Positions 26,301 to 39,328 are shown, counted from the stretch's first letter. The stretch is 64,000 nt of DNA from Bugula neritina (GCA_964035545.1 OZ037767.1:12323801-12387800), one strand, 5' to 3'. Notes: a model not told the origin generated them from the letters alone. Numbers and translations: made by a program.

Positions 26301-29166
26301 CTATTGGGCACGTTTCAGAACATCAGGGCAATTATAGGCACTATTAGCATATTTGGCTAAACTTAGCACATTTGGGCATGTTTTAGCACATTTGACACTG
26401 TTGAGCACACTGGTTCTACTATTAACAACATTGGCCACATTTCAGAACTTCTGGGAACTTATTGGCACTATTAGCATATTTGCTTTGATTTAGCACATTT
26501 GCGCATGTTTTAGCACATTTGAGCACTGTTGAGCACACTATTTCTACTATTAGCACTACTGGGCATGTTTCAGAACTTTTGGGCACTTATTGGTACTATT
26601 AGCATATTTGGCCTAATTTAGAACCTTTGGGTACTGTTAGGCACACTTGTTCTAATTTGGGCACTATTCGTCACGTTTCAGAACCTCACGTTTCAGAAAC
26701 TCTGGGCACTTATTGTACTATTAGCATATTTGGCTTGATTTAGCACATTTGGCATATTTCAGCACATTTGGGCACTGTTAGGCACGCTAGTTCTACTACC
26801 AGCACTATTGGGCATGTTTCAGAACCTCTGGGCACTAATTGGTACTATTAGCATATTTGGCTCAATTTAGTACATTTGGGCATGTTTTAGCGCATTTGGG
26901 AATGTTTTAGCACATTTGGGCACTGTTAGGCACGCTGGTCCTAACATTAGCACTAATGGGCACAATTCAGAACTTCTGGGCACTAATAGATGCTATTAGC
27001 ATATTTGGCTCAATTTAGAACATTTGGGTACGGTTAGGCTCATTTGTTATAGTTTTAGCACTATTGGGCACGTTTCAGAACCTCACGTTTTAGAACCTCT
27101 GGGCACTTGTTGGTACTATTAGCATATTTGGCTTGATTTAGCACATTTGGGCATGTTTTAGCACATTTGGGCACTGTTGAGCACACTTGTTCTAGTTTTA
27201 GCAGTATTGGGCCTGTTTCAGAACTTCTGGGCAGTAATTGGTAATATTAGCATAATTGGCTCAAGATAGCACAGTTGGGCACTGTTACGCACATTTGTTC
27301 TATATTTAGCATTATTCGGCACGTTTCAGAACTTCACAACACTTCTCGGTACTATTAGCATGTTTGGCTCAATTCAGCGCATTTTGGTGTGTTTTGGCAC
27401 TTTTGGGCACTGATTAGCACACTAATTCCACCTTGAGCACTATTGGGCACGTTTCAGAACATCAGGGCAATTATTGGTACTATTAGCATATTTGGCTAAA
27501 CTTAGCACATTTGGGCATGTTTTAGCACATTTGACACTGTTGAGCACACTGGTTCTACTATTAGCAACATTGGCCACATTTCAGAACTTCTGGGAACTTA
27601 TTGGCACTATTAGCATATTTGGCTTGATTTAGCACATTTGCGCATGTTTTAGCACATTTGAGCACTGTTGAGCACACTATTTCTACTATTAGCACTACTG
27701 GGCATGTTTCAGAACTTTTGGGCACTTATTGGTACTATTAGCATATTTGGCCTAATTCAGAACCTTTGGGTACTGTTAGGCACACTTGTTCTAATTTGGG
27801 CACTATTCGGCATGTTTCAGAACCTTACGTTTCCGAAACTCTGGGCACTCATTTGTGCTATTAGCATATTTGGCTCGATTTAGAACATTTGGGTACTGTT
27901 AGGCACACTTGTTCTAGTTTTGGCACTATTGGGCATGTTTCAGAATCTCACGTTTCAGAACCTCTGGGCAGTTATTGGTACTATCAGAATATTTGGCTTG
28001 AGTTAGCACATTTGGGCATGTTTCAGCGCATTTGGGCACTGTTAGGCACACTAGTTCTACTACCAGCGCTATTGGGCTTGTTTCAGAACCTCTGGGCACT
28101 AATTCGTACTATTAGCATATTTGGCTCAATTTAGTACATTTGGGCATGTTTTAGCCAATTGGGAATGTTTTAGCAGATTTGAGCACTGTCATGCACACTA
28201 GTCCTAGCATTAGCACTATTGGGCACAATTCAGAACATCTGGGCACTAATAGATACTATTAGCATAATTGGCTAATTTTAGCATATTTGGGCAAGTTTTA
28301 GCACGTATGGGCATGTTTTAGCACATTTAGGCATGTTTTAGCACATTTGGGCACTGTTAAGCACACTAGTTCTACTATTAGCAACACTGGGCACATTTAA
28401 GAACTTCTGGGCACTTATTGGTAATATTAGCATATTTGGCGCAATTTAGCACATTTGGGCATGTTTCAGCACCTTTGGGCACTGTTAAGCACACTAGTTC
28501 TACTATTAGCAACATTGGCCACATTTCAGAACCGCTCGGCACTTATTGGTACTATTAGTATATTCGGCTCAATTTAGCATATTTGGGCATGTTTTAACAC
28601 ATTTGGGCACTGATGAGCACACCAGTTCTACTATGAGCACTATTGGGCACGTTTCAGAATATCAGGGCACTTATTGGTACTATAGGCATATTTGGCCCAA
28701 ATTAGCACATTTGAGCATGTTTCAGCACGTTTGGGCATTGTTAAGCACATTTGATCTATGTTTAGCACTATTCGGCACGTTTCAGCAGTCTACAGCACTT
28801 ATTAGTACCAATAGAAGGTTTGGCTCCAATTGGGCACATTTGGGCATGTTTTAGCACGTTTGGGCGCACTAGTTCTACTGTTAATACTATTGGGCATGTT
28901 CCAGAACATCAGGGCACTTATTGGTACTATAATCATGTTTGGCAAAATTTAGCACATTTGGGAAAGTTTTAGCACATTTGGGCACTGTTAAACACACTAG
29001 TTCTACTGTTAGCACTATTGGGTTCGTTCAGAACATCAGGGTACTTATTGGTACTATTTCATATTTGGCTAAATTTCGCACATTTGGGCATGTTTTACCA
29101 CATTTAGGCAGTGTTGAGCACACTAGTTTTACTATAAGCGCTATTGGGCACGTTTTAGCATTTCTG

Positions 29167-30677
29167 CACTGGATAGCTAAGGGCAACCTTTTAGCTGCAA
29201 TTGCTTTGCTGAGGTTTGCATTGTAATCATATAAGAATTCAGTACCAGTAAAATAAAATCTCTTCTAACTTCGCTAGAGTCAAAATTCAAAACTGATGTT
29301 GTAGATCTCCTTTTTCTTCAGTGTAACTTTTTTTGAAATTTCAATTTTCATTTTTTTTGCAAAGTTATTGATAGAAAACTGCCCAATTTCGGCCAATTTT
29401 GCCGGAAAAGCTTACTTTTCAGTACCAGTGAAATATCTCAGCAGCAAAACATGATATCTGATTAAAACTTGCACTGCTGGAATCCTGAGACATTTCTCCA
29501 GGGCAGGTTTTTTTCTTTTTCCAATAACTCTTCTAGATTGCCCATAAATTAGTGCTCTATACACCGAAAATGCTATATGTTTTCATAGATAATTAGCAGC
29601 GAGCAGCACTCCACGCTTCAATGAGCATGTAGAGATGAGAAGGTATTGGCGCGTACATACTAATTACAGGCTTGCTAGCTGGCAGGCTATAATGAATAGC
29701 TTGCTTTGTACTTTGTTTATGTAGAACCCATAATGGAATGTTGACAGATAACGCAGCCCTAATGAAGCATAGGATAGTTAAGGGCATCCTCACTAAGAAT
29801 ATCATAAATTTCTCTCAAAATGTAGTTCAGGTTCTTGAATAATATTGCTCTGCGGGTAGCATGCAGGTTGCCTACTTGCATTTGTTTAGCCTAACATTAA
29901 ACTACAGCCAGTGAGCAGCAACCTTCATTAGGGCTGCGTTATCTAGCAACATTCCATTATGGATGCTACATAAACAAAATACAAAGCGTGCTATTCATTA
30001 TAGCTTGCCAGCTAGCAAGCCTGTAACTATTATGTACGTGCCAATATCTTCTCATCCCTACGTGCTCATTGAAGCGTGAAGTGCTGCGCGCTGCTAGTTT
30101 CTTATGAAAAAATATGGTATTTTCAGTGTATAAATCACACATTTATGGGCAATCTAGCAGAGTTATTGGAAAATGAAAAAAGTTGCACTGGAGAAATATC
30201 TCAGGATTCTAGCAGTGCAATTTTTGTTCAGATATCATCTTTTGCTGCTGAGATATTTTACTGGTACTGAAAAGTCAGCTTTTCAGGCAAAATTGGCCAA
30301 AATTGGGCAGTTTGTTGTCTATAACTTTGCAAAAAAAATGAAAATTGAAATTTCCTAAAAGTTACACTGGGAAAAAAAAAGATCTACAACATAGTTTTTA
30401 AATTTTGACTCTAGCACAATTAGGTGAGATTTTATTTTACTGGTACTGAATTCTTATATGATTACAATGCAAACCTCAGCAAGGCAGTTGCAGCTAAAAG
30501 GTTGCCCTTAACTATCCTGTGAGGTTGCTGCTTATTGGCTGTAGTTTGATCTTAGACTAAACAATTGCAAGTAGGCAACACGCATGCCACCCGCAAAGCC
30601 ATATTATTCAAGAACCTAAACTACATTTTGAGGGAAATTTATCATATTCTTAGTGAGGATGCCCTAACTATCCTGTG
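29167..30677 (+). mobile_element. MITE copy 3 (755 bp net), interrupted by copy 4, no TSD
   Basis: Diverged TIRs CACTGGATAGCTAAGGGC / GCCCTAACTATCCTGTG and a body colinear with copies 1-2. The left flank is satellite B and the right flank is BEL gag sequence. Confidence 0.9.
29768..30521 (-). mobile_element. MITE copy 4 (754 bp), inverted, nested in copy 3 with 2-bp TSD AG
   Basis: AATGA-AG-[CATAGGATAGTTAAGGGC...GCCCTTAACTATCCTGTG]-AG-GTTGCTG. The uninterrupted copy 2 reads CCCTAATGAAGGTTGCTG. Confidence 0.93.
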
Positions 30678-32251
30678 TTTTTGTCTTTGCTTGTATGTTT
30701 GATTCATGGAGAGCTTTTGACAATGAATTTCGAGCTATATCACAGTGGTGTGATAAAAATGTTATAAATGTTTTTAGAGGAGGAAATCTCAGTCTCTCTT
30801 TCTAGTCTGGTAGACTCGTCAGCCCACCTTTCTCCGATTTGATGTAGAATTTTCACTATTAACCTTTTATTGGCTGCTTTCATATTGAGGTTGATGTCTG
30901 CATCGAGACCATCAATGGATTCCAGTAAATCAATAAAATCTTCTAAAGCTTCTGCATCTCTTTGGTTTATTTTTGGCCAGTTGTGGAGTTTATCTAAGTA
31001 TGCCTCTGTTAGTTTTTCTCCTTTCCCGTATCTGTCATCTAATTTAGCCCAGGCTGCCTTATATGAGTGTTCTGTCTTTTGTCTGTAAAGACCTTGGATG
31101 GCTTTGTAAGCTCTGCCGTCTACAAACTGTCTTAATTTTAACCATTTTTGTCTGGCTGAGCCTTTTAAGAGGTTAAAAGCCTAATTGAAGGCCACCTTCC
31201 AATCCTAGTAATCCAGTGGATTGCCCAAAAACATTGGGGGCTCTGATGGACGTTGCCTAACTAGGTTAATAGCTTCAGCGTAATCGTCAGGTGTAAAGGC
31301 AGGTTGCTGTTGGTAGCTGGGGTTAGTAACAGGGCTTTGATAAGCAACCTGGGAAACATTGCTTGAGAGCTCATTAGACTGTAAAAAAGGGTTTGTGGAT
31401 GGTAGAGGCATTGTGAACTGTAAAAAAGAGTTTGTAGATGCTACAGGTGTGGTCGGAAGAATACGAGGTTGCATGATATTTTTAGTCAAACGCTGAGACC
31501 TGTGAATGATTGGTTGAGGTGGCGTAGCTGGTATGATGGATGGCAACTGATTAAGAAGGGAAGAAGAGCTGTCCTTCTTTTCCTCTTCTTCAATGGCTTG
31601 GGCTATGACTTGCTCTTCAGCCTCCGCTGTGTGTATTTCAGCCTGAAGCTCTTGCTGCTTAACAGCGTTTGTAAGTTGGCTGGCTTGCTGTCGTAACTCA
31701 TGAATTGTATTGGCAGATTCTAATTTTTTTCTTAGTGCGGCTGCTTTAGCTTTGGATTGCACCTGCATTAATCTGAGCTGTGACTGTGAACTAGCACTAG
31801 ATGAGTGATAAGATGAAGCCGATTTTGAACTTACAAAGTGACTAGCAGATTCTAAGATCTCAAAGCGCTGAATTTCTTGTGTTGGCTCGAAGCCAGCAGT
31901 TTTTGTTTTGGTTGAAAGTTTACTCATTCGATCCATGGCATCACCAATCACTGTTTCACAATCGGAATGCAATCTATCCATTTGATTTTGGACTTGGAAA
32001 TCTGGCTCATGATCTCCTAGCATGAGGCGCCACTCATCATAGGTTCCTTCTAGATTGTGTTTAGCTTGGGATAGTTGGTTTTTATAACCTTCCAATGAGT
32101 CGTACGAAATATCCTGTTTTTATGCAAAGTGTGAAAAAATAGATTTGTGTAACTCAGCACAGTTTGTGATTTCATTGTCCAGTTGTGCAGCTATCTGATT
32201 AATTTTTGTTCTTGAAAATGTACGGGATTTTGAGGCGTTTGATTTAGACAT
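30678..32251 (-). pseudogene. gag: BEL/Pao gag (DUF1759-like) pseudogene
   Basis: The 296-aa ORF 31205-32095 reads on in frame through two TAG stops: PPMFLGNPLDY*DWKVAFN*...LRQFVDGRAYKAI...YKAAWAKLDDRYG...AYLDKLHNWPKINQRDAEALEDFIDLL, which is typical BEL/Pao gag. The likely original ATG is at 32251 (MSKSNASKSRT...), with a frameshift near 32120. Confidence 0.85.
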
Positions 32252-32926
32252 CACTTATTTAGGTATGAGAGCGTAGCAATCACAAAGAATTTTCGTAAAG
32301 GATTTGCTCACCAATTTGCTACAGTCTATCGCAGCAGAGACAGGACAAAAATGACAGGTGATGAGAGATGGTTGATGAAACCTATTATGTGATGAGCAGA
32401 TTATGATGATTAATGTCAGCCAATATCAAAATAATGTCCCAAATTATTCCACTAGCTTTGTGATTTCACTATTACAATTACTAATTTTACAGTATTTAAA
32501 AAAATGAACACTAATTCAGCCTAGTTATATAAAGCTTAACAAAAACAAGATTATAAAATAAGTGTTGAAGTGCTATTACTTAGTTTAGGTGATTATGGTA
32601 GGTAAGAAACTCAAGTGTTGTAGATATAATGATACATTAAAACAACTAATCAATCGAGTTAGTTGTCTGTTGACTGCTGGCTCCGTCTGCGTAGTTCTGA
32701 TGCCTGATGCTGTGCTAGTTGTCGAAATGACGTACTGGTACTGATAGTTAAAACTGAGTGCAGGCAGGAACTGAACTTTGAATATTACTGGCTTTATGCT
32801 TTGTTTTCAGGGTTGATTCTTTGAGCACTCCACTTCAAGGCAATGAGTTGCAGCAGGGTTTGTGTCTTGTTGGTTATGGCAACAACTGTACAGAACTGGT
32901 CTTTTCAATAGTAGGTAGATTTTTAC

Positions 32927-33465
32927 TGTAACGTCTGCCCCAATTTATTTATAACAGGATGCACTGCTGGATTTATGCTGATGTTTATTGAAACTAACTG
33001 GTAACCAACGTGAAACTACAATAATAAAATTTAATTATAGAGATATTGATGAAAAGAAAAATTAAACATAAAACATTACAAAAGTGTTGCATAACATTAA
33101 CAATGGTCAACATACCTCTATTACCCTTCCTAGGGAGAATTAGAGTTAAATATATAAAGTTGCGATAGTGAAAGTTTAATCAAAAATCAAAAATGACTAG
33201 TGAGAATTACAACAGTCAGTGGAGAAAAGCATCAGACTCCGGAATGAAGGCATAAAACACCTCAGCTATTATAATTCCTGGCTGCAAGCTATAAAAAGCT
33301 GACTGCTATTTTGTTAGCAAAAATCATTGCAATGTATAATATTGAAAACAAAGCTATTTGTGGTCTGAAAAAAGCTGTGGCTGAGTGGGTGAATGGTGAT
33401 GAATTGTCTTGTGCCACTGTATGCAATAGTGTGTAATATAATAAAAAAATGATCAAAACGCTACA
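32927..33465 (-). repeat. Putative 5' LTR of the BEL/Pao element (539 bp)
   Basis: TG...CA ends with an imperfect 8-bp inverted repeat, AATAAA near its 3' end on the minus strand, and an abrupt boundary with satellite C. No second LTR is available to confirm it. Confidence 0.65.
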
Positions 33466-36400
33466 TCAGTAGTTTGCGATTTAATGGAGTCTGTTACAGT
33501 GTATTTCAGTATGTTGAAGTGTATTTCTGTATGTTACAGCACATTTCAGTATTTTGCAGTATAACTTGGTGTGTTACAAAATATTTCAGTATGTTACTAT
33601 ATATTTGGGTATCTTGCAGTATATTTCAATATGTTGCAATGCGTTGTAGTATGTCGCAGTGTGTTTCAGTATGTTACCGTTTATTTGAGTAGTGTGCGGT
33701 TTATTTGGGTGTGTTGCAGTGTATTTAGGTATGTTGCAGTGTGTTTCAGTATATTGCAGTATAGTTCAGTATGTTGCAGTATGCTTCAGTATGTTACAGT
33801 ATGTTTCCGTACGTTACAGTATTGTTCAGTGTGTTACAGTATATTTCAGTACGTTACCATATATTTCAATATGTTGCAGTATATTCCAGTATGTTACAGT
33901 GTGTTTCAGTATGTTTCAGCATAATATTTCAGGATATTGCAGTATAATACAATGTGTTACAGTATATGTCAGTGTGTTACCGTTTACTCCAGTGTGTTAC
34001 AGTATATTTAGGTATGTTTCAAAATTTTTCAGTATGTTGCAGTATATTTCATCATGTTCCAGTATATTTCAGTATTTACAGTATACTTCAGTATGTTACA
34101 GTATGTTTCCAATTGTTACAGTATATTTGATTGTGTAACAGTATATTTCAGTATGTTGCAGTGCATTGTAGTATGTCGCGGTGTATTTCAGTATGTTACC
34201 GTATATTTGAGTAGTTTACGGTTTATTTGGGTATGTTGCAGTGTGTTTCAGTATGTTGCAGTATAGTTCAGTATGCTGCAGTATATTTCAGTATGTTTGA
34301 GTATAATTCAGTATGTTGCAGTATGTTTCAGTATATTGCAGTATATTTCAGTATGTTGCAGGGTATTTCAGTGTGTTTCAGTATATTTCAGTATGTTACA
34401 ACATAATTCAGTATGTTGCAGTATTTTTCAGTGTGTCACAGTATATTTCAGTATGTTGCCATGTATTTCAGTATATTGCAGTATGTTTCTATAATTGTTA
34501 TACTATATATCATTATGTTACAGTATGGTTAGGTATGTTGCAATGTGTTTCAGTATGATGCAGTATGTTTCAGCATGTTACAGTATATATCAGTATGTTA
34601 CAGTCTATTTCAGTGGTTTTCGGTTTATGGTGAAGTATGTTCAAATATATTTCAGTATGTTCCAGTATATTTCAGTATGTTACAGCATATTTCAGTATAA
34701 TATTGTAGTATATATCAGCATATTACAGTATATTTCAGTATGTTGCAGTATAACTCAGTATGTTACAGTATATTTCAGTATTTACAGTATGCTTCAGTAT
34801 GTTACAGTATGTTTCCAAATGTAACAGTATATTTGATTGTGTAACAGTATTTCAGTATGTTACTATATATTTTGGAATGTTGCAGTACATTTCAGTATTT
34901 TGCAGTGTATTTCAGTATGTTTCAGTGTCTTTCAGTCTGTTGCAGCTTATTTCAGTCTGTTTCAGTTTGGTTCAGTCGGTTTAGGTATGGTTCAGTATGA
35001 ATTACAGTATATTTCAGTAGTTACAGGCGTAATTGAGTAGGTTACAGTGTATTTCAGTATGTTAGAGTGTGTTTCAGTATGTTGCATTATGTTTCAGTAT
35101 TTTACAGTATATTTCAGTATGTTACCATATATTTCACTATATTGCAGTATATTCCAGTATGTTGCAGTGTATTTCAGTATGTTGCAGTATTTATCAGTAT
35201 ATTGCAGTATACTTCGGTATGTTTCAGCATATTCCAGTAACTTCTAGTATGTTTGAGCATGCTGCAGTATATTTCAGTATATTGAAGGACATTTATATGT
35301 GTTGCAGTATTTTTTAGTATGTCACAGTATGTCTCAGAAAGTTACAGGGTATTTCAGTATATTACAGTATGTTTCTAATTGTTATACTATATATCGTTAT
35401 GTTACAGTATGGTTAAGTATGTTCCAGTATATTTCAGTATGTTACAACATATTTCAGTATAATATTGTAGTATATATCAGCATATTACAGTATATTTCAG
35501 TATGTTGCAGTATAACTCAGTATGTTACAGTCTGTTTCCAAATGTAACAGTATATTTGATTGTGTAACAGTATTTCAGCATGTTACTATATATTTTGGAA
35601 TGTTGCAGTACATTTAAGTATGTTGCAGTGTATTTCAGTATGTTGCAGTGTATTTCAGTCTGTTGCAGCATATTTCAGTCTGTTTCAGTTTGGTTCAGTC
35701 TGTTCAAGTATGGTTCAGTATGTTACCGTATATTTCAGTATGTTACAGTATATTTCAGTATGTTACCATATATTTCACTATATTGCAGTATATTCCAGTA
35801 TGTTCCAGTATGTTTGAGCATGCTGCAGTATATTTCAGCATATTGAAGGACATTTAAATGTGTTGCAGTATTTCTTAGTATGTCACAGTAAATCTCAAAA
35901 AGTTACAGGGTATTTCATTATATCACAGTATGTTTCTAATTGTTATACTATATATCATTATGTTGCAGTATGGTTAGGTATGTTGCAATGTGTTTCAGTA
36001 TGTTGTAGCATGTTTCAGCATGTTACAGTATATATCAGTATGTTACAGTCTATTTCAGTGGTTTTCGGTTTAATGGAGTCTGTCTCAGTATATTTCAGTA
36101 TGTGGCAGTATATTTCATCATGTTTCAGTATAATTACTTCAGTGTGTATGTGTTTATTTCAGTATTCACAGTATATATTACAGTATGTTTCTTTTTGTTA
36201 TACTATAAATCTTTATGCTACAGTGTGGTGAAGTATGTTCAAATATATTTCAGTATGTTCCAGTATATTTCAGTATGTTACAGCATATTTCAGTATATTG
36301 TAGTATATATCAGCATATTACAGTATATTTCAGTAAGTTGCAGTATGTTTCATTATATTGCAGTCTGTTTCTGTATGTTACAGTATATTTCAGTATGCTA

Positions 36401-37474
36401 CAATATATATCAGTATGTTGCAGGTTATTTCAGTATGTTACAGTATATTTCAGTATGTTGCATTATATTTCAATATGTTTGGCTATATTTCAGTATGTTG
36501 CAGTATATCCCAGTATGTTGCAGGATATTTCAGTATGTTGCAGTATATTTTAGCATGTTACAGTATATTTCAATGTGTTACAGATTATTTCAGTATGTTA
36601 GAAAGTATTTCAGTACTTTACAGTATATTTCTAAATTTTACAGCGTATTTCATTGTGTAACAGTCTATTTCAGTATCTTTCAGTATTTTACATTACAGTA
36701 TATTTCAGGATAGTGCAGTGCGATTCGGCATGTTGCAAAATCTTTCAGTTTGTTGCAGTCTATTTCGGCATGTTACAGTCTATTTAAGTATGTAACAGTA
36801 TGCTTCACAATGTTACAGATAATTTGAATGTGTAACAGTATATTTCAGTATCTTACATTATTTTTCAGTATGTTGCAGTGTATTTTAAGTTGTTGCAGTA
36901 TATTTCAGTATGTCGCATTATATTTTGATATGTTGCAGTATGTATCAGCATGTTGCAGTGCCTTTGAGCAAGCTGAATTGTGTGTAAGTATGTTGCAGTA
37001 TATATCAGTATGGTACAGTATAATTCATTGTGTTTCATTATATTTCAGTATGTTGCAGTATATTTCAGTGTCTTACAATATATTTCAGTATGTCACTATA
37101 TATTTCGGTATATTGCAGTATATTTCAGCATGTTGCAGTGTATTTCAGTGTGTTAAAAAGTATTTCATTATGGGACTCTATATTTCGGTATGCTGCAGTG
37201 TACTTCATTACGCTGCAGTATATATGAGTATGTTTTAGTAAGTTGCAGTATGTTTCATTATATTGAAGCATGTTTCAGTATGTTGCAGTACATTGCAGTA
37301 TGTTGCAGCGTTGTACAGTATTTTACAGTGTATTGTAGTATGTTGCAGTATATTGCAGTATGTTACAGTATTTTTCAGTATGTTTTAGTATGTCTCAGTA
37401 TGTTGCAGTATCTTTCAGGTTGTTGCAGTATATTACAGTATGCTGCAGTATATTTCATTATGTTGCAGTATGTT
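33466..37474. repeat. Satellite C: degenerate 10-bp CAGTATGTTG / CAGTATATTT / CAGTATGTTA repeat
   Basis: About 4 kb of 10-bp periodic CAGTAT units with internal duplications (e.g. ATTGAAGGACATTT at ~35281 and ~35842). Confidence 0.95.
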
Positions 37475-39045
37475 TCACAACTGCAAATACATCTGTTGGT
37501 GTAGCAGAATTATCAAACCCATCAACCTTTGTGATCTGAGGAACGAAAGACGGATACTGCAACCAACACACCTTTCTATTATAAGTTTCAAGATATACAT
37601 TGTTTTGTCGCTCCTTCTGGCAACCAACATTCAGTGCATAGCTTATTTTCTACGCTTTATAACTAGTTATTTTACATTTTTTCAATCAACTGAACAGAGG
37701 TAAGCAGAGTAGGTAAGCACTTGCATGGTATTCAGGCAGTCGCACTTCTTGTCACTCAATCGTTGACGATTGATGCTTGAAGAAGGCCTAAGGTCCTTAC
37801 AGTATACATACTGGGGGTACTGTGCTTTGAACTCAAATACAAAAAAAAGAATATATGACTTGAATAACTAATGAATTACATGGTGATGACTCCTGACCCT
37901 ATTGACAGTGTGCCTCAGTAATGTCTGTTCAGTGCAAACTATGGACAGCAAAGTTGTTTGGCAATAATGATACAAACAATTCTGCAAACCCTTTTCATTA
38001 AAGTTTTGTGATGAAAGAGTATCCAGACCTTGTAATGGCTATACAACTGGAGGGAAGGAATGTACTCGTTTTTCAATAGCAACAAAGCATGTTCAGAACT
38101 TGTAGACAGAAACACACTCATGACACATTAAACAATCTGTAACAAGTCTTGCTCATTATAACAGACAAATGTTATAACATACTCCTTTCGTTTAGGAGAT
38201 ATATCAACTACTACTCCTACAAAAACAATAAAGAGGTAAAAGACAGCACTGCTCAGTTTGATTTCATTTCATTCAATTCATTGTAACACTATCAATGGGC
38301 TGCACCCGGCTAACTGCTTTTGGAAAATTATTCATTTCGCCAATTGTGACATTATGTGAACTCACTGTTAGTTTTTAACTTTGAATCAAAAAACGATCAA
38401 GTAATTGTAAATCTGTTTACAGTCATTAAAGCGGCTGATCCTTAATTTCAACACTGGGTTTAGGTGATGGAAGAATCCCAAGACAAGTTTGGTACTACGC
38501 TAGACAATAGGCTGCAGGCACCGGAAAATGTGAACATGTGTGCATTTAACAGATGAAGCTAAAACATGTATACATCTTATATTTAGTGAAAATTGAATAT
38601 GCATCACTTTTCTATGTGAGAACATTGCTGGATAGTGAAAACAACTAGAAATGTAGAAGTTCGGGAGTTGTCTCTCCTGAGATTTTGTTTTGTCTTCTTG
38701 ACTTGTCACGCTGCAGATATTTGGAAAATCACAACTGCAAATACATCTGATGGTGTAGCAGAATTATTAAACCCATCAACCTTTGTGATCTGAGGAACGA
38801 AAGACGGATACTGCAACTTACACACCTATCTATTATGAGTTTCAAGATATACATTGTTTTGTTCATTCTTCTGGCAACCAATATTCAGTGCATAGCTCAT
38901 TTTCTACGCTCTATATCCACTTATTTTACATTTTCTCAATCAACTAAACACAGGCAAGCAGAGTTGCAAACTGGTTGCATGGTATTCAGGCAGTCGCACT
39001 TCTTGTTACTCAATCGTTGACGATTGATGCTTGAAGAAGGCCTAC

Positions 39046-39314
39046 TGTTATAATGGTATGCTTGATGGTGAGTGACAGGGTGGTGCTGACTTGTAATGTT
39101 TTACATGCTGATTTATTTGGTACAACTACTATGAATATAAAATGATAATAACACTTTGGAATCTAGCAACTAACTAACTCTTTAGCAATACCTACACAAG
39201 CATTATATATAGATGCTGACTATGACAATAATAAGGAAATGCATGATTCACATAGAAGTCATATATCTACTAATTATAGCTAATAAGATGTGAACTCTAT
39301 GTGACATTATAACA
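39046..39314 (-). repeat. Gypsy 3' LTR (269 bp)
   Basis: TGTTATAATG...CATTATAACA (perfect 10-bp inverted ends). I count 3 substitutions against the other LTR. Confidence 0.96.
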
Positions 39315-39328
39315 TCCTGTCTGCTTTC
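39315..39328 (-). promoter_or_regulatory. Polypurine tract (imperfect)
   Basis: Minus strand GAAAGCAGACAGGA lies immediately upstream of the 3' LTR. Confidence 0.7.

Larger units (their letters stand above)
7103..29166 (+). repeat. Satellite B main array: ~108/128-bp monomers made of diverged 20-bp subunits, with kb-scale segmental duplications
   Basis: Monomer is approximately GGTACTATT-AGCATATTTGGCTCAATTT-[AGCACATTTGGGCATGTTTT]-AGCACATTTGGGCACTGTTG-AGCACACTTGTTCTAGTTTT-AGCACTATTGGGCACGTTTC-AGAACCTCTGGGCACTTATT, with an optional 20-mer and an optional ~14-bp ACGTTTCAGAACCT duplication. MITEs interrupt it at 8386 and 19609. Confidence 0.95.
30678..33465 (-). mobile_element. BEL/Pao LTR retrotransposon, 5' part only (5' LTR, UTR, partial gag), truncated at the MITE end
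   Basis: BEL/Pao-type gag motifs plus a putative LTR bounded by TGTAGCGT...ACGTTACA and followed by the internal start GTAAAAA on the minus strand. No pol or 3' LTR is present. Confidence 0.8.

Noticed and set aside
7103-29166. CRISPR-like repeat/spacer appearance of satellite B
   Set aside because: There are no unique spacers or cas genes, and the context is eukaryotic TEs.
6418-29226. Many 60-100-aa hydrophobic ORFs (e.g. MSTLVLLLALLG...) resembling signal or membrane peptides
   Set aside because: They are translations of satellite B monomers, with inconsistent frames, mostly non-ATG starts and frequent stops.
33474-37504. Cys/Tyr/Val-rich ORFs in all three forward frames
   Set aside because: They are artefacts of the 10-bp CAGTAT repeat.
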